Of a stretch of 64,000 nucleotides of DNA, positions 16,271-30,777 are shown one piece after another (the stretch's first letter is position 1; each line of letters opens with the position of its first letter). The translations under genes and the position numbers were made by a program. The DNA is taken from the NCBI RefSeq assembly GCF_009914755.1, contig NC_060944.1; one strand, 5' to 3'. The DNA is from the human T2T-CHM13v2.0 reference genome, Homo sapiens. Below the pieces are notes generated by a model. That model made no database searches. It was not told where the DNA came from and saw only the letters and a list, made by a program, of their open reading frames with translations.

Positions 16271-16598
16271 TTGCATCTCCAGCCTCTGTTTGGTAGGCCA
16301 AGTGGCCATCTTGCCTTTGCTTGTATGCACGGAGCTCACGACTTACAGAGGCAGCCCAGTTCCAGGTTGCACTGCTCTGCCTGTTGGAAAGGGCTTCCCT
16401 ATGCAGTGCACATGTCTACCTCCATACAAATCCATCCAGCCAGCATATGGCTGTGTGTTAGGTGTTTCAGGAGATGTCAAGACAAATCATCCATAAACCT
16501 GCCTGAAAGGTCATCATCACAATAAGTCACATTACTTACATTGTGCCAGGCTCCATGCTGAACTCTTTATGTGCATTATCTCATTTAATTGCAGCAAC

Positions 16599-16932
<334 letters not shown>

Positions 16933-19125
16933 TTATTGTCCCCATTTTCCAGGGGAAACTGAGGCTCAGAGGGAATAAGTGACTAAGAAACTGCAAAGCT
17001 GTTATTTGAGTTCAGGTCTGCCTAGCTCCAGAGCCTGTACTACAACCCAGTGCAGTCAGCTATGTCCCCTAGAGGGGAATACATGTGTGCAGATGTGATT
17101 GTGACACAGTCAGCATGCAAATTGCCACTGAGAGGGACAGGAAAAATGCAACTGGAGTTTAGAGGAGAGAGGTCAGGGAAAGGGGGAGAAGGGGACATTT
17201 GATCTAAGTTGAGGGGAACTAGGATTTGGACATTCAGTTCAGGGAGGGATCTCCAGGAAGGTTTGGAAGAGAGAAGCAGGGGTAGTGAAGTTTGGGGGAA
17301 CCAAAGAGCTGAGTTGGGGGTGAGGATGAGGGGTGTTGTGGCCAGCTGTGCTTTCAGGCCCCACAGAAGGTGCCTTCTTCTTCCAGACTGTTCTCTTCTG
17401 AGACGTGAAGAGGTTTGATCTTCTCCAGGAGAGCTCAACACAGGTGCCCATTTCCTTCCTTTCCTCCTGATGTGAGGTGGGCAGGCCCTATCTGGAGGGT
17501 AGACAAGGCACCTGGGCACCAACAGCTGTCAGTGCTTCATTCCCTTCTTCCTGGTGGTGAATGGCAGGAAAAATGGTCCATTCCCCGGGGATCAGCACTT
17601 TCTCCAGACAGCACAGTGCTCCAGGCACCAGAATGGCTGGACTAGCCATTCAGGAGGGTTCTCCATGTCCTCCCTGGACAGCAGGCTGAAGCATATGCCT
17701 CTCACCCATGGAGGGGCTCCTTTCTCCTGTGCCCTCCCTTAGCTAATCTCATCCATTTGTCAGAAGTTGGATAATGCCCCCAGAGGCCTGGGCTCTGTCC
17801 CTAAAGTGCCTTTGGATTTTTCTCCAAACAACACAGGTGGGAAATTGGGGGAAGAGTATGATGTAGTGCTAGGTGCTCTCTCAGTTTCAAAGGATAGAAG
17901 AATAGCAGTTATTTTTCTTGAGCTGGACTCACAGTGAGTCAGGGGTTTTATTACCCCATTTTGCAGATGAGGAACTTGAGGTTCAGAGGAGGAAAATGAT
18001 GACAAATGCAGTTGTCACATGAAATATGAATGGCTGTGCCATTGTCTGCTGAAGGAGGGACATAAGTGTGGAGACTCAACATGGAAAACTGCCCCTTCCC
18101 TCCCCTGCTCTTGCCCACCAATTCCTCCTCCTGTGGCAGTGGCTCTGAAATGCTGACTCTGGCTACCCTAGCTGCTCTCCATCCTCTCTTCTACATGGTA
18201 GCAGATCATTCGTCCTGGATTGCTGCCTGCCTGAGAGCTGGAGGGGTGTCTCTGGGGGACTCAGGCCTCAGGAATGTTGCCCACGTAAGGTCCAGACATC
18301 CAGTATTTCTTCTGTGACTCTTACAGTCTCTGGAGTCCCTGGATTTCTCCAATCCTTCTTGAAGGAATTCCAGCATTTCTGTAAGGGGAAAAGAGGCAGA
18401 GGACAGAAGAATTCTTTCATAATTCTTCTGTCCTTAGGATCCTTCAACCCCATGGCCCTTATCACCTGGCTCACACTAGAACTAGAATCAAAGTCCTTCA
18501 TATTCTTTTCTACAAAGGGCTTTTCAATTTATCATCTCATCTGATTTTCCTTGTAATCCTGAGAGATAAGGCAGGAAGGGTATAATTATCCCCATTTTGT
18601 GGGTGGGTTAACTGAGGCTCAGAGAAGGTAAGTAACTTCTCCAAGGTTACACAGACAGAGCAGGGCTAGAAGATAGAAGCCAGTGTCCAGGAATCCTGAC
18701 CTTACTTCTCAGTGCCCAGTGCTGACAGCTACTGGGACAGCCTCTGGCTGGCCTCTTAGTCCCTCTCTACATCCAGGACTCCCTCTCTGGTTCAGCCCAG
18801 TGTGGGGGAGGAGTCATGTCCCCAGTTCAGACCTTCCAGGCTTCCTAAGGCCTCCAGAGTAAAGCCTCACTCACCACTTCTGTATTTGAGAGTTCCCCAA
18901 ATCCAGTCCCAATCCACTGCTCTTGCCAATCTCAGCTAACATAACAGGCTAGTCTTTTCCTTCTGACAAAGTAGACAAGATTAGCCATTTGTTAGGGGGG
19001 CATCCCTCTGTGGGATGTTGGATGAATGGGTTTCAGCCTGCTTGCTGCTGAGGGAATAGACAGGGAAACTGAGGCAAGGGTCAGCACAATCGCTGCATTC
19101 AGGACAGCTTAGAGAGGCAAGGCTA

Positions 19126-19443
<318 letters not shown>

Positions 19444-20310
19444 TCAGAAAAGTAGCACCTGGGCCAAACCAGAACCAGAGACCCAGGTTCCTAAGGAGCA
19501 TTGGAGTTTACAGCTCAGCACTTGCCAGAACAACTGGGATTCTGGAATTAGTGATGATGATTGCACAACTCCGTATGTAAATATACTCAAGAGGAGTGAA
19601 TTGTATGCTGTAAAGTGGTACATTTTATGGCGTATGAATTATATCTCAATTTTTTTAAAAAAGAATACCTGGGATTATATTAGAGCATGCCCTGCACATG
19701 TAGGTGCTTAATAGATGCTTAATAGATATTTGTTGAATGAATGCATTAATGAATGTAAATTTATTTATTTATTTTACTTAAAAATTTTGTTTTGATATAA
19801 GAACATCTTATAAAGCACATTTGTTTGATCCTCACAGCAGCTGTAAGGAGGACTTAGGGCAAGAATAATGATCCCCATTTAACAGATAAAGAAACAGAGG
19901 CCTGGAAAGATGAAATGACTTACCTAGGGCAATTGAATTAGAGTTTTAGAGAGTTGAAATAAGTTTTTATGCTATCTTCTCCAGCCCTTGATTCATTAAG
20001 CAAACCTTAACCAAGCACTTCTTCTATAACTGAGCTATCCCTGAGATGCTGAGATACTGATATCAATGTGACAAGACCTCTCTCATTCCCCAGTAGTTGA
20101 GAGGGAGACTGGGATGAAGAACCAAGCACTGACATGACTAATCACACATGACTATGGTGTGATTAGTACTGAAGGGAGGTGGGCTCAGGGGCTGCAATGC
20201 CCAAAGGGGCTCTGGCCAGCCCTGGGGAGAGCAGGGTGACTGCCCTGGAGGCTGACAGCTGACTGGACCAGGAAGGATCAGAAAGATGGCCAAAAGAAAG
20301 GGCAAGGTGT

Positions 20311-20590
20311 GGCTGGGTGTGGTGGCTCACGCCTGTAATCCCAGCACTTTGGGAGGCTGAGGTGGGCAGATCGCTGGAGGTCAGTAGTTTGAGAACAGCC
20401 TGGCCAACATGTGAAACCCCATCTCCACTAAAAATACAAAAATTAGCCAGGTATGGTGGTGCACGCCTGTAATCCCAGCTACTCAGGAGGCTGAAGCAGG
20501 AGAATCGCTTGAACCTGGTAGGGTTGCAGAGAGTCGAGATTGAGCCACTGCACCCCAGCCTGGGTGACAGAGCAAGACTCCATCTCGAAA
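20311..20590 (+). mobile_element. AluS
   Basis: Full dimer; TSD aaggg(a)caaggtg. Confidence 0.95.
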
Positions 20591-20688
20591 GAAAGCAAGA
20601 AAGCAGGAAGGAAGGGAAGGGAAGCGGAGGGGAGAGGAGGGGAGGGGAGGGGAGAGGAGGGGAAGGGAGGGGAAGGGAAGGAAAGGGA
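20587..20688 (+). repeat. Polypurine (GAAA/GGAA/GGGGA)n tract derived from the Alu tail
   Basis: About 100 nt of almost pure A/G. Confidence 0.9.
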
Positions 20689-21109
20689 CAAGGTGGGCAG
20701 GGTAGGGTATCTTCATGTCAGTCCAGGGTGCCCTTGAATCCTGTGATGAGATTAGGGCTGGCTTTGATTCAGAAGAACAGGAGGAGTCACTGATGAATTT
20801 TAAGCAGGCGAGGAACAATGCTAGATTGCCCACTGCCCTCCATCCAGGGCAAGCCCATTTCAGCCCTTTCTTCAATACCACTCTCCCTGCCCGCCCTCCT
20901 CCTCTGTACCCTCTGCGCTGGTCACACGGTGAGCCTGATAGAGGTGAACTTGAGCCCAGGGGTCCTCTCTCCCAGACCAAGCTAGTCCTTGCTTCATCAC
21001 TCCAAGTAGCCCTCCTCAGTCTGAGTCCACCCCTGACATTGCTGTTCTGGCCTTCAGCTGATCACAGCTAGAAACTGTCGGTAACATTAGCACTAAGCGC
21101 TAATAACCA

Positions 21110-21330
21110 TTAAAACAGATGACCATTTACCAAGCCCCTACTCTAAGCCAGGCGTGGTTATAAGTGATTCATTTCTGTATCACTTAAAGTCATTTAATCC
21201 TCATCCTAAGAAATGGGTTATAGTATAATCCCTAGTTGGCAGATCAGGAAACTGAGGCACGGAAAGGTGTCATAATTTGCCTAAGTATTGGTGAAGCTGG
21301 GATTCAAAACCAGAGGCTGTGCTGAGTCTT
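21110..21330 (-). mobile_element. MIR
   Basis: catttaatcctca...ggaaactgaggcacggaaagg...gctgggattcaaaacc. Confidence 0.75.
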
Positions 21331-21795
21331 ATCCGCTGGACTGTAGAGCACACAGGAGGAAAAGGGCAGTCAGTCCAGCTGAAGACTGAGTGAGCAAAGA
21401 GGGACTGGTCCGGTGAACTTGGCAAACCACAGAAGCACACACAGGCCTTGAAGTCCATACATTCCATGTGACGGGCAATCTGCCTTTTGCCTTTGAATCT
21501 AGGATTTCTGAAGCTCTAGGCCAACCGTGTCCCTGTCTGTTTGATGTAGCCTGGCTGGAGCCTGAGCCCTGGACAACCAGATTCATATTTTCTCTCTCAT
21601 CTGTTTCTCTTTCTCCTACCGACCACCCCAGTGCTTGGGCCTAGAAATGGATTCTGCCTCCAGCTGCTCCTCCACTGGGTCCTGATTTAGTCCGCAAATT
21701 TTTATTAAAAACTCCAATTTTATTGGAGTTCCTACCATACTCCAAACACTGTCCTATGTACTGGGATACAGAGGCACACATGGCAGGTAAACACA

Positions 21796-22280
21796 TGCTA
21801 TGGTCTGGATGTTAGTGTCCCCTTATAATTTATTTGTTGAGATCCTAACCGCCAAGGTAATGGTTTTAGGAGGTGGGGCCTTTGGGAGGTGATGAGGTCA
21901 TGAGGGCTCCACCTTCACGAATGGGATTAATGTCCCTATAAAAGATCCCAGAGCCTTTGGTAGTTCATGAGCATGATGATTGGGTGTTCACGCATGGGGG
22001 TGAGATGTGCCGCCTTCAAACCTTGTTACAATGTACAATGTGAACGCATTACCTGTCTGACATGAAAAAAAAAAAAAAAGAGAGCGATCTCAGAGAGCTA
22101 GATTTCCTTTCTACCATATGATGACTAGAAGGAGCCATCTCTGGACCAGAAAGCAGCCCTCAGTAGACACGGAATCTGCTGGCACCCTGATCTTTGACTT
22201 CTCACAAAAATGTGAGAAACACATTTTTGTTGTTTATGAGCCACCCAGTTGATGGTGTTTGGTTATAGCAGCCCGAAAGC
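21796..22280 (+). mobile_element. MLT1A/MLT1A0 (ERVL-MaLR) solo LTR interrupted by the U13 retrocopy
   Basis: Starts tgctatggtctggatgttagtgtcc, contains ggaggtggggcctttgggaggtgatgaggtcatgaggg, ends gttatagcagcccgaa. Confidence 0.85.
21952..22079 (+). pseudogene. U13 (SNORD13) box C/D snoRNA retrocopy with poly(A) tail
   Basis: agcctttggtagttcatgagcatgatgattgggtgttca...tgagatgtgcc...aaccttgttac...attacctgtctgac matches U13. Box C ATGATGA 21973-21979, box D CTGA 22057-22060, A-tail 22065-22079. Confidence 0.9.
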
Positions 22281-22650
22281 AGAACTTCATATCGTTCTCT
22301 GGCATTTCCCAAGGGGTAGTGACAAAGATGTCTCTTGGTTCTTCCATGGGATGCATGATTTTGAATTTGGAAAAATACCTCTGTTGGGGGAGGTAGCATG
22401 TGCTGGGAGCCCATGTGCTGGGGGTCAGGCTTGGGCTGTGATCCTTCCTCTTCTGTGGCCATGCTGGGTGACCTTAGGCTGGTTCTTGCCTCTCTCTGGT
22501 CCTCTTCCTCCCCATCTACCAAAAGGGGAGATGAGAACAGTCCCTGGCATTTGTGGGGCATTTGCCTGGCCTATGTGTCATGTGCTCACAGGAGCCCAGG
22601 CTGATTCCAAGGTCCCTTCCTTTCTAACATTTGGTTCCTGGGTCTCACAG

Positions 22651-22807
22651 GCCCTGGAAGTGACCACTGGGCTGAGTAGCTCATCAGCTTCCCCACACTG
22701 AAGCCCGAGGGGTCTCCTGCTGGCTTCTGAGAGCTGACGGAACAGGTTCCAGCAAGGCAGACCCTGACACAGAAGCCAGACCTGTCCAGCAGGGACCCCA
22801 TACACTG
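22651..22807 (+). other. Candidate 157-nt non-coding cassette exon
   Basis: Branch CTAAC 22624-22628, acceptor ggtctcacAG at 22650, donor CTG|GTGGGT at 22808. No ATG. Confidence 0.45.
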
Positions 22808-23254
22808 GTGGGTGTAACCTCTTATTATTTCCTTTGGGCAGGAAGTGGGGAAGGCTGGAGTGGAGGTGGAGTGAGAGCAGACCTTCAAGGCCCCTGAAAC
22901 TACGCACTTAACCTAGTTCTGCCTTGTGAAGGGTGGTGAAACCAAAGCCCGAGAAGGGCAGCTTTCCCCAAGACTTTGCCAGGTGTCACCAAACTATGCT
23001 GGAACCCAGATCTACTGATCCCTGCCTGGTGTCGTGTGCTCAGCTGTTCCTGGGCCTTGCTCACGGAGTAGGGGAGGGCAAAGGATAGAGCGTGTGTGCA
23101 CCTGGCCAGGTGGAGAGTGGCCACATTTTATCCCGATGCTATGGTTGTGGGGGGAGAAGTGTCTCCATGTCATTTGTCATGTTTCCCTGCCTCCTGTCAT
23201 GTTTCTCAGATAAGTTCCTGGGTCTCTTGCCCAACTGACGCAAACAGCCTATAG

Positions 23255-23322
23255 GTTGAGTGTCCAGAGGAGGGGGCGATGCAGAGGGCCGGCCTTTGTG
23301 CCAAATGGGGACAGGAGGCCTG
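23255..23322 (+). other. Candidate small cassette exon (alternative acceptors at 23247/23254)
   Basis: Strong donor CTG|GTGAGT at 23323. The acceptor has a weak pyrimidine tract. Contains an ATG at 23279. Confidence 0.25.
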
Positions 23323-23669
23323 GTGAGTCCTGCTGTACACCATTCCTGGTGGTGGAGCCGCTCAGCTGTGAGCGCCCATCCTTTCTCTGGGCAGTGGCCA
23401 TGTGGCCTAGGCTAGCAGGCCCTGGAAGAGCCTTTCTGTGTCCTTCCTGGTTCTTGGTGTCTACCGCCTCACCCACACCCCTGAAGCTCTGGGCTTTGCT
23501 ACTCAGCTCTGGCACAGAGACTGGTTTGGCAGGTTTGGCCACACCCATGAGCAGTGCGATGGCTGGGAGCTGGGGTGGAGCAGGCCTGAGGAGGCAGTGC
23601 TGCCCTGTCCTTACCCCCATACCCCCAAATCCCAGCCTCACTTCTGCCGCCTTTTCTACCTTTCTCAAG

Positions 23670-23738
23670 GGAGGCTTCCTGGGAAACTGGAAGGCAGAAG
23701 CCACGCAGACTTCTAGTCCTGGTTCCACTGCTTACTCG
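23670..23738 (+). other. Candidate 69-nt symmetric (phase 0-0) cassette exon, GGFLGNWKAEATQTSSPGSTAYS; donor lies in a MIR
   Basis: Long pyrimidine tract cttctgccgccttttctacctttctcaAG ending at 23669, donor TCG|GTATGT at 23739, 23 open codons. Confidence 0.45.
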
Positions 23739-24417
23739 GTATGTGGCCCTTGGCCAGCCCCTTTCCCTTCTTGGACCTCAGTTTCAGCACCTGTACAATG
23801 GGGCTTTGGGCTCAGTGATCCTCAGACAGCCACGTTGTATGATTCTAGTTGGGGTTCTACGATTTTCTCTCCATCCCTGAACAAACGATAGAGCACTGAC
23901 TGCCACAGGTTCCACCTGGGTAAAATGAGTGCCTCGACCCTTGCTCGCTTCCTGGAGATGTCGATAGGATCAGCCAACATCCTAGCAAGCATCCAGTCTC
24001 CATGGGAAAGTTTTCTTTCTATAGTCTGGCCTGCCCTTATCTGGTTCAAGCAGAAGGAGAGAGGATACCTAGAGATGGGGCTTTCTCTAGGCCCCCTCCC
24101 ATGCTCCACTTACCCTGAGACCATAATTGACTGAGAACCAGGCTTTCTGAACGTCTCCATGATCGGGGGGGAGGGGCAGAGGTAGAGAACAAGAATACAG
24201 AGGAAAGGCCCTCGCACTTGCTGCCTCCTGTTCCTCCCGACCTTCAGACCAGCCCAGGGTCTAGTTTGGGGGAAGAGGGGAAGGCAGAAAAATTCCACCA
24301 CTGCTACAGGCCCCCTCTGTGACACTGGGAAAATTGTGTACTTTCGCTGCACCTCAGTTTCCCGATCTAACGAGGAAGACACATGTCTTCCAGATCACAT
24401 GTCCTCAGAAAATTTAA

Positions 24418-24747
<330 letters not shown>

Positions 24748-24899
24748 TAGGTCAGAAGAAGGAATGGGAGTTAGATGAAGAGGACATTCCCAGCCTGAGA
24801 TGGGGGCTAGAGAGAGAAGAAAAAGGGAATTAACATTCAGTGAGCACCTATGTGCCAGTGCTATGCCAATTACTTTGCATACAATACATACACCATCTA

Positions 24900-25780
<881 letters not shown>

Positions 25781-26299
25781 GTAAGGAAATGAGAGAGTGC
25801 TGGTTGAGTGCCTGGCATAGGGTATGGCTCTTAGGAGGTGCTCAATAAATGGCAGCTTTTAGTGAGAACTGACATGGCAGAGAAAATAAATACCCACTGA
25901 TAGATTGCATACATGGTGGGTAGGGGAGGCAGCGGGTAATTAAGATTGGAAAGTGATGCACTCGTGCCAGATCTTGGGGGTCCCTGATGCTCAGCCAAAG
26001 AGTTTAGACTTCCTGAAAGAGTAGCTGGAAGTCATTGCTGGGCCATTAATGTAACTATAAAGCCCTACTTCTAAGATGTGGGCTCAGCCACTTTGCGTAC
26101 TCAAGGGGCTGTGCTGTATGGTGGTGGGGTTGCAGGGTTGGGGACAAACCCAGAGAGAGACAGGCTGGGAACCTTTCTGGTGTCATTCTCTGAGACAGGC
26201 TATTCCTACAGGCCCAGAAGGAGGGGACACAGTTAGGAGCATCCTGTGTTTTCTGATTCCACATGGCCATTACATTGTTTCTGGGGAGTGGAGGATAGG

Positions 26300-26530
26300 G
26301 GTGACCTAAGAGTCAGATGCTTGGATTTCTATTTGAGCCCCTCCCCTTATCAACCGTGTGACTTCTGCTAGGTTCATTTGCATTTCTGATTCTGTTTCTT
26401 CATCTGTAAACAGGCTGCTGTTCGTACCTGCCTCATGGTTTTCTTGGGGAGGATCAATGAGGTAGAACCTGCAAAGGGCTTAGCAGAGAGCCTAGCACCT
26501 ACTGAGCGCTCAGTAAAGGTGAGCTATTAT
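26300..26530 (+). mobile_element. MIR hosting the exonised segment
   Basis: gtgtgact...tgtttcttcatctgtaaa...tacctgcctcatgg...gaggatcaatgag...gcttagcagagagcctagcac...agcgctcagtaaa. Confidence 0.85.
26435..26518 (+). CDS. EPB41L1: MIR-derived alternative coding exon (exon 26414-26518): MVFLGRINEVEPAKGLAESLAPTERSVK
   Basis: Acceptor tctgtttcttcatctgtaaacAG at 26413, ATGG at 26435, 28 codons ending in phase 0 at AAG|GTGAGC. The peptide matches my recollection of a 4.1N isoform N-terminus. Confidence 0.75.
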
Positions 26531-27354
26531 CTTCCATTCAACAGTGGGGGATTCAGAAAGGTAGATTGAACCACAAGTGCACAGAGGCATGAAACACTTT
26601 GGAGTGGCAGGAGTTTCCTGTGTGTGTTGGGGACGGCAAGGAGGCAAGTGGAGTGGCAGGTGGGTCCAGCTCCTGCAGCCCGTGTATATTGACCAGGAGC
26701 TGGCACTTTATCTGGAGAGCGATGAAGACACTGCAGGGTATCAGGTTGGGAATGATGTGATCTGATTTCTGGCAGTGGGAGGATGAATTGGAAGGGTAAG
26801 GCTGGAGACCAGGAGACGGATGGTAGTCTGTTGGTGTGGCCTGGTGAGAAGTGATGGGCTTCATCTCAGGCTCATGGAAGTGTAGAAGAGGGAACAGATC
26901 ACAGAGTGAGTAGAGACAGAGAACGGACAGTGTGGGGCCGATGGGTCTTGGGGAAGGGAGGGGGAAGAAAGGAACTTGTCCTAGATGGCTGCAGACTTTC
27001 TCGATGGGGGGCTGACGAGATTATAAAACCGAAAGTATGGACAGTGCATGTGGGTTTTGATGCCTGTAGTTTGACTTTTCTGGGAATTCAGTAGCTCCCT
27101 GAGAAACCTCTCTTTTATCTGACTCTCTGTGTAGAAAATCTTTCTAAAATCTCTGAATGATGACTCCTCCATTAGGGATGAGGAAGGCCTCCTGTGGGGA
27201 CACCGTGCATACCTCCTAAGGAGGGGTGGCAGCTTGGCCTCCTTTGGTGGTAACAAAGCTGGGGATTTTATTTGGAAGCTGTATTTCAGAGTCTATCAGT
27301 TTTCTTGTGATTTTCTTCAAAGCATGTACAAAAAGGCAGTTCCAGTTAGTGGAA

Positions 27355-27656
<302 letters not shown>

Positions 27657-30600
27657 AGTGGAATGTTTTGTGTATTTATTCCACGGCTCTGGACCAAGAC
27701 TAGGCAACTTTTCAAGAGTGGTGAAAGGTAAGCTCCTGCGTGCTCCCTCTCTCTGTTATTTTCTTGATTGGTGTGGACTGGAAGCTCACATTCCAGAGAA
27801 ACTTAGGTCTTAGATTACCCGTCTAATTTTCCTTATGGATGGGAACAAGAGAAGGTGCATGAAAGTTGCTCATGATTGTGAATAATGCCACAGCTGGGCT
27901 TGGCCCAGGCACCTCACTGGCAGCTACAGGCTTTCCCATGGCATGCAGCTGGCACTGCCTCTGGAGAGGAGGATAGGGGTGATGAACTGATGAACATCAG
28001 CACAGCCCCCGGCCCATCTCAGAGGCACACACCTAGTGGCAGCGGGAGGGCCCCCGCAGACTGGAGAGGACTCAGCTATTATTGTCCTAAGCCTCTGACA
28101 GTGAGGCTCATCCATACCCCGCCTCCCATCTGAGATGAGCTCAGAGATATGACTGAAGTTTCAGGGCTAAAACCAAAGGGATTGGGTTGGTACCCCCTTC
28201 TTATGAGAAAAGGAGAGGAGAGCCCTGTCTGGGTCTGGCGGAATACAGTCTGCATCCCCACCCCAGCTGATTGCAGTGATGAGGAGATGCCTTTGTCTGA
28301 GTTGCCAGGGGAACCAAAGTTTCTGCCTTCTTCTAAGGCCCTGATTGGCTCCTGCTGGAGCTTAAGCTTTGGTGAATGGAAGGGCCTCTCTTCTGCCTAC
28401 ACCTTCCCTGAGGTGAGAGACGAGTAAGGCTGGAGTCCCCATGGATGCACTGTGTTGGTGTCTCTGTCCTACCTCCTTAGCTGGGGGTGCTGGATCCCCT
28501 TGCTCATTCGTCTTTCACTAATCCTGGGCAGCATCTGCCCCAGGCCTTTCATCCTTCTAGGTCCAGGAAAGCTAGCCTAAGAATCAGGAAAACTGTATAC
28601 CAATCCTGACATAGGCAGACTCACTCTTGGCCTTGGGCAGGTCTCTTCTCCCTGGGCCTCGGTTTCCCTACCTGTAAAAATGAAGGCATTGGGCTAAACT
28701 CTGGTCCTTCCAGCTCTGACTTCCCTGACCACACAGCCCAGATCCCCTCTCTGACCTTCCATGGCCCTCCTCGTGCCTCTTGTGTGCCTCTGACTGCATT
28801 CTCTCTCGTAGGTTCCCTTGTAAGATGCAGGTCAGAATAGGGGGTTGTAACCAGCCTTGAGCATTGTTTTGGTTTTCTGTAGGAAAAATTGTGCTCCCTG
28901 AAGCCTGTCCTAGAAGCCCTACATCCTGCAACCCCTCTTGTCCTCATCTGTCTCACCTGGACCGAGCCCCAGGGTCAGAAGCCCGGGGGAACGAATGATG
29001 GGTGCTTGTGTCTGTTGCAGGGTGGGGCTAGGCAGTGTGCAGAAAGGAGCATGTGGGGGTGGGCGGGGGCAGCTGGAAGAGCCCTGGAGCTCAGCAGTCC
29101 TGGGTTCCAGGCCTAATTTGTCTACCTGCTGGCTATGTGACCTTGGGAGGGTGGCTCAGTTGCAGTCTCCCCATCTATCACACAGGAATAATAATGCCAC
29201 CTCACAGGGCTTGTTGCCAAGATGACATGTCTGCCATACAGGAGACACCAAGTTCCCTTCCCTGCTCTCTCTTCTAAACAAGGCAGGGAGATGGGGAAAG
29301 TTCAGACTGAGGAGGGGCCCTAGGCTGCAAGACCTGAGGTGCCCCAGGCCGGGCCTTAGATGCTGCTCATTCCTGGCAGTGCCAAAAAGCAGGGAGAAAA
29401 AAGTATTGGCCTTGGGTGGATGGGGGAGGCTGTGTGTCAGAGCTAATGTTTAAATAACACTTTTAAGATCCTCCAGGGACCTCAAATGAGGATTTTTCAG
29501 ATGAGCTGAAAATGGAGCAAAGTAATGAGACTGAGCTCACTGGCAGGAAAGGGAGCAGCCTTAATTGGTACTGGCCCTGCCTTGGCCCCGTGACACTCAT
29601 TACCACAGGCTGCCCAGGAGGATGACCCGTGCATTTGGGCTGTAAGCAATGTCAATTTCTTAGCATGGGGTGATGGGGTTGCATCTGGTAGTGACTCAGC
29701 CCTGCTTCTTGTCGACTCACCAGGTTGAGGGTCAGAGAGGACTTCTTAGTTGGCCTTCAGAGCCTGGTTTAGTTTTTAGCTTTGTGACCTAGCCTCTCTC
29801 CACCTCTGGGGTCTAGAGGCAGCAGCCCAGACCTGGCCACTGTCTGTCACAGGTGTGGTGGGAGGCAGGGATGGGATGTTGAAGTCAGGCATGAGTTGCT
29901 GGGGGACCTTCCCTCCTTTGCTGAGGTTTGCCTGGGGTCCTGGATGAGGTGGGTGGAGAGAGGGAGGAAGGGGCATTCTCAGAAGAAAAAAGGCTGGTGG
30001 GTGTGTGGGTGGGTGAATTTGTGCCAATGAGATGTGACTCTCTGGGCAAGCTTGTGTAGCTTACATGGAGGAGGCACAGAATCTAAGGGACATGTCTCAA
30101 AGAGGCTGAGGGATGGGCCTAAGAAGCCAGCATGGGTGGGGGTGAGGGGTGGGTCCTGGGAGTGGTTTGGTTTGCGAGTCCCTGTGGAAACACAGGTGGT
30201 AGAATTGGTGAATGGTATGGACCAAGAGTCCTATTCTGAAGACACCAGAAAATTCTGACCAGGCTCTTGTACGTGAGGCCTCTTCTGTTTTGCTTGGGCT
30301 GGACTGCGGGGTGAATGGCCACGGGTGTGGTAAGTTACCGCTTCTCCTGGGGGGAGCCTGGTTTGCATTGTAAATACTGCTCCTGGAGCCACTGGTCATG
30401 GTGGGGGCACTTTTTCAGACGCCTTCCTGGGGAATGTGTGAGGGCCGATTGTTAGATCATTCTTGGCACCTGGTTTGCATTATGAATGCAGTTGGGAGGC
30501 ATAAGGGCAAGCATTGGGTCACTAGCGGGTCCCAGGCCACCCTGACCCCAGGCTCACTGCTCCCGAAGCACTCCCTCTCCTTGGTCTCTGGGACAGCACA

Positions 30601-30777
30601 CCCCACTTTCTGGCTTTCTCACTCTGGCCTGCCCTCATTTGCCTGTTGCTGCTCCTCTCCTTAACTGTTCAGTGTGTGGGTTCCTCAGGGCTGCATTGCA
30701 GTTATTGTCGTTTTTAAAATAATACCGTTTTTTAATTTTAAAAATTCAATTTATTCATTTATTTTAAAAATTACAAA

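Noticed and set aside
17115-17122. Isolated octamer ATGCAAAT
   Set aside because: A single 8-mer without a correctly spaced Sox half-site is expected by chance in 64 kb.
23256-23891. 211-aa ORF in unique/MIR sequence
   Set aside because: Starts at a non-ATG codon (TTG), has no recognisable homology and runs into a MIR. Only the 69-nt spliceable part is retained as a candidate.
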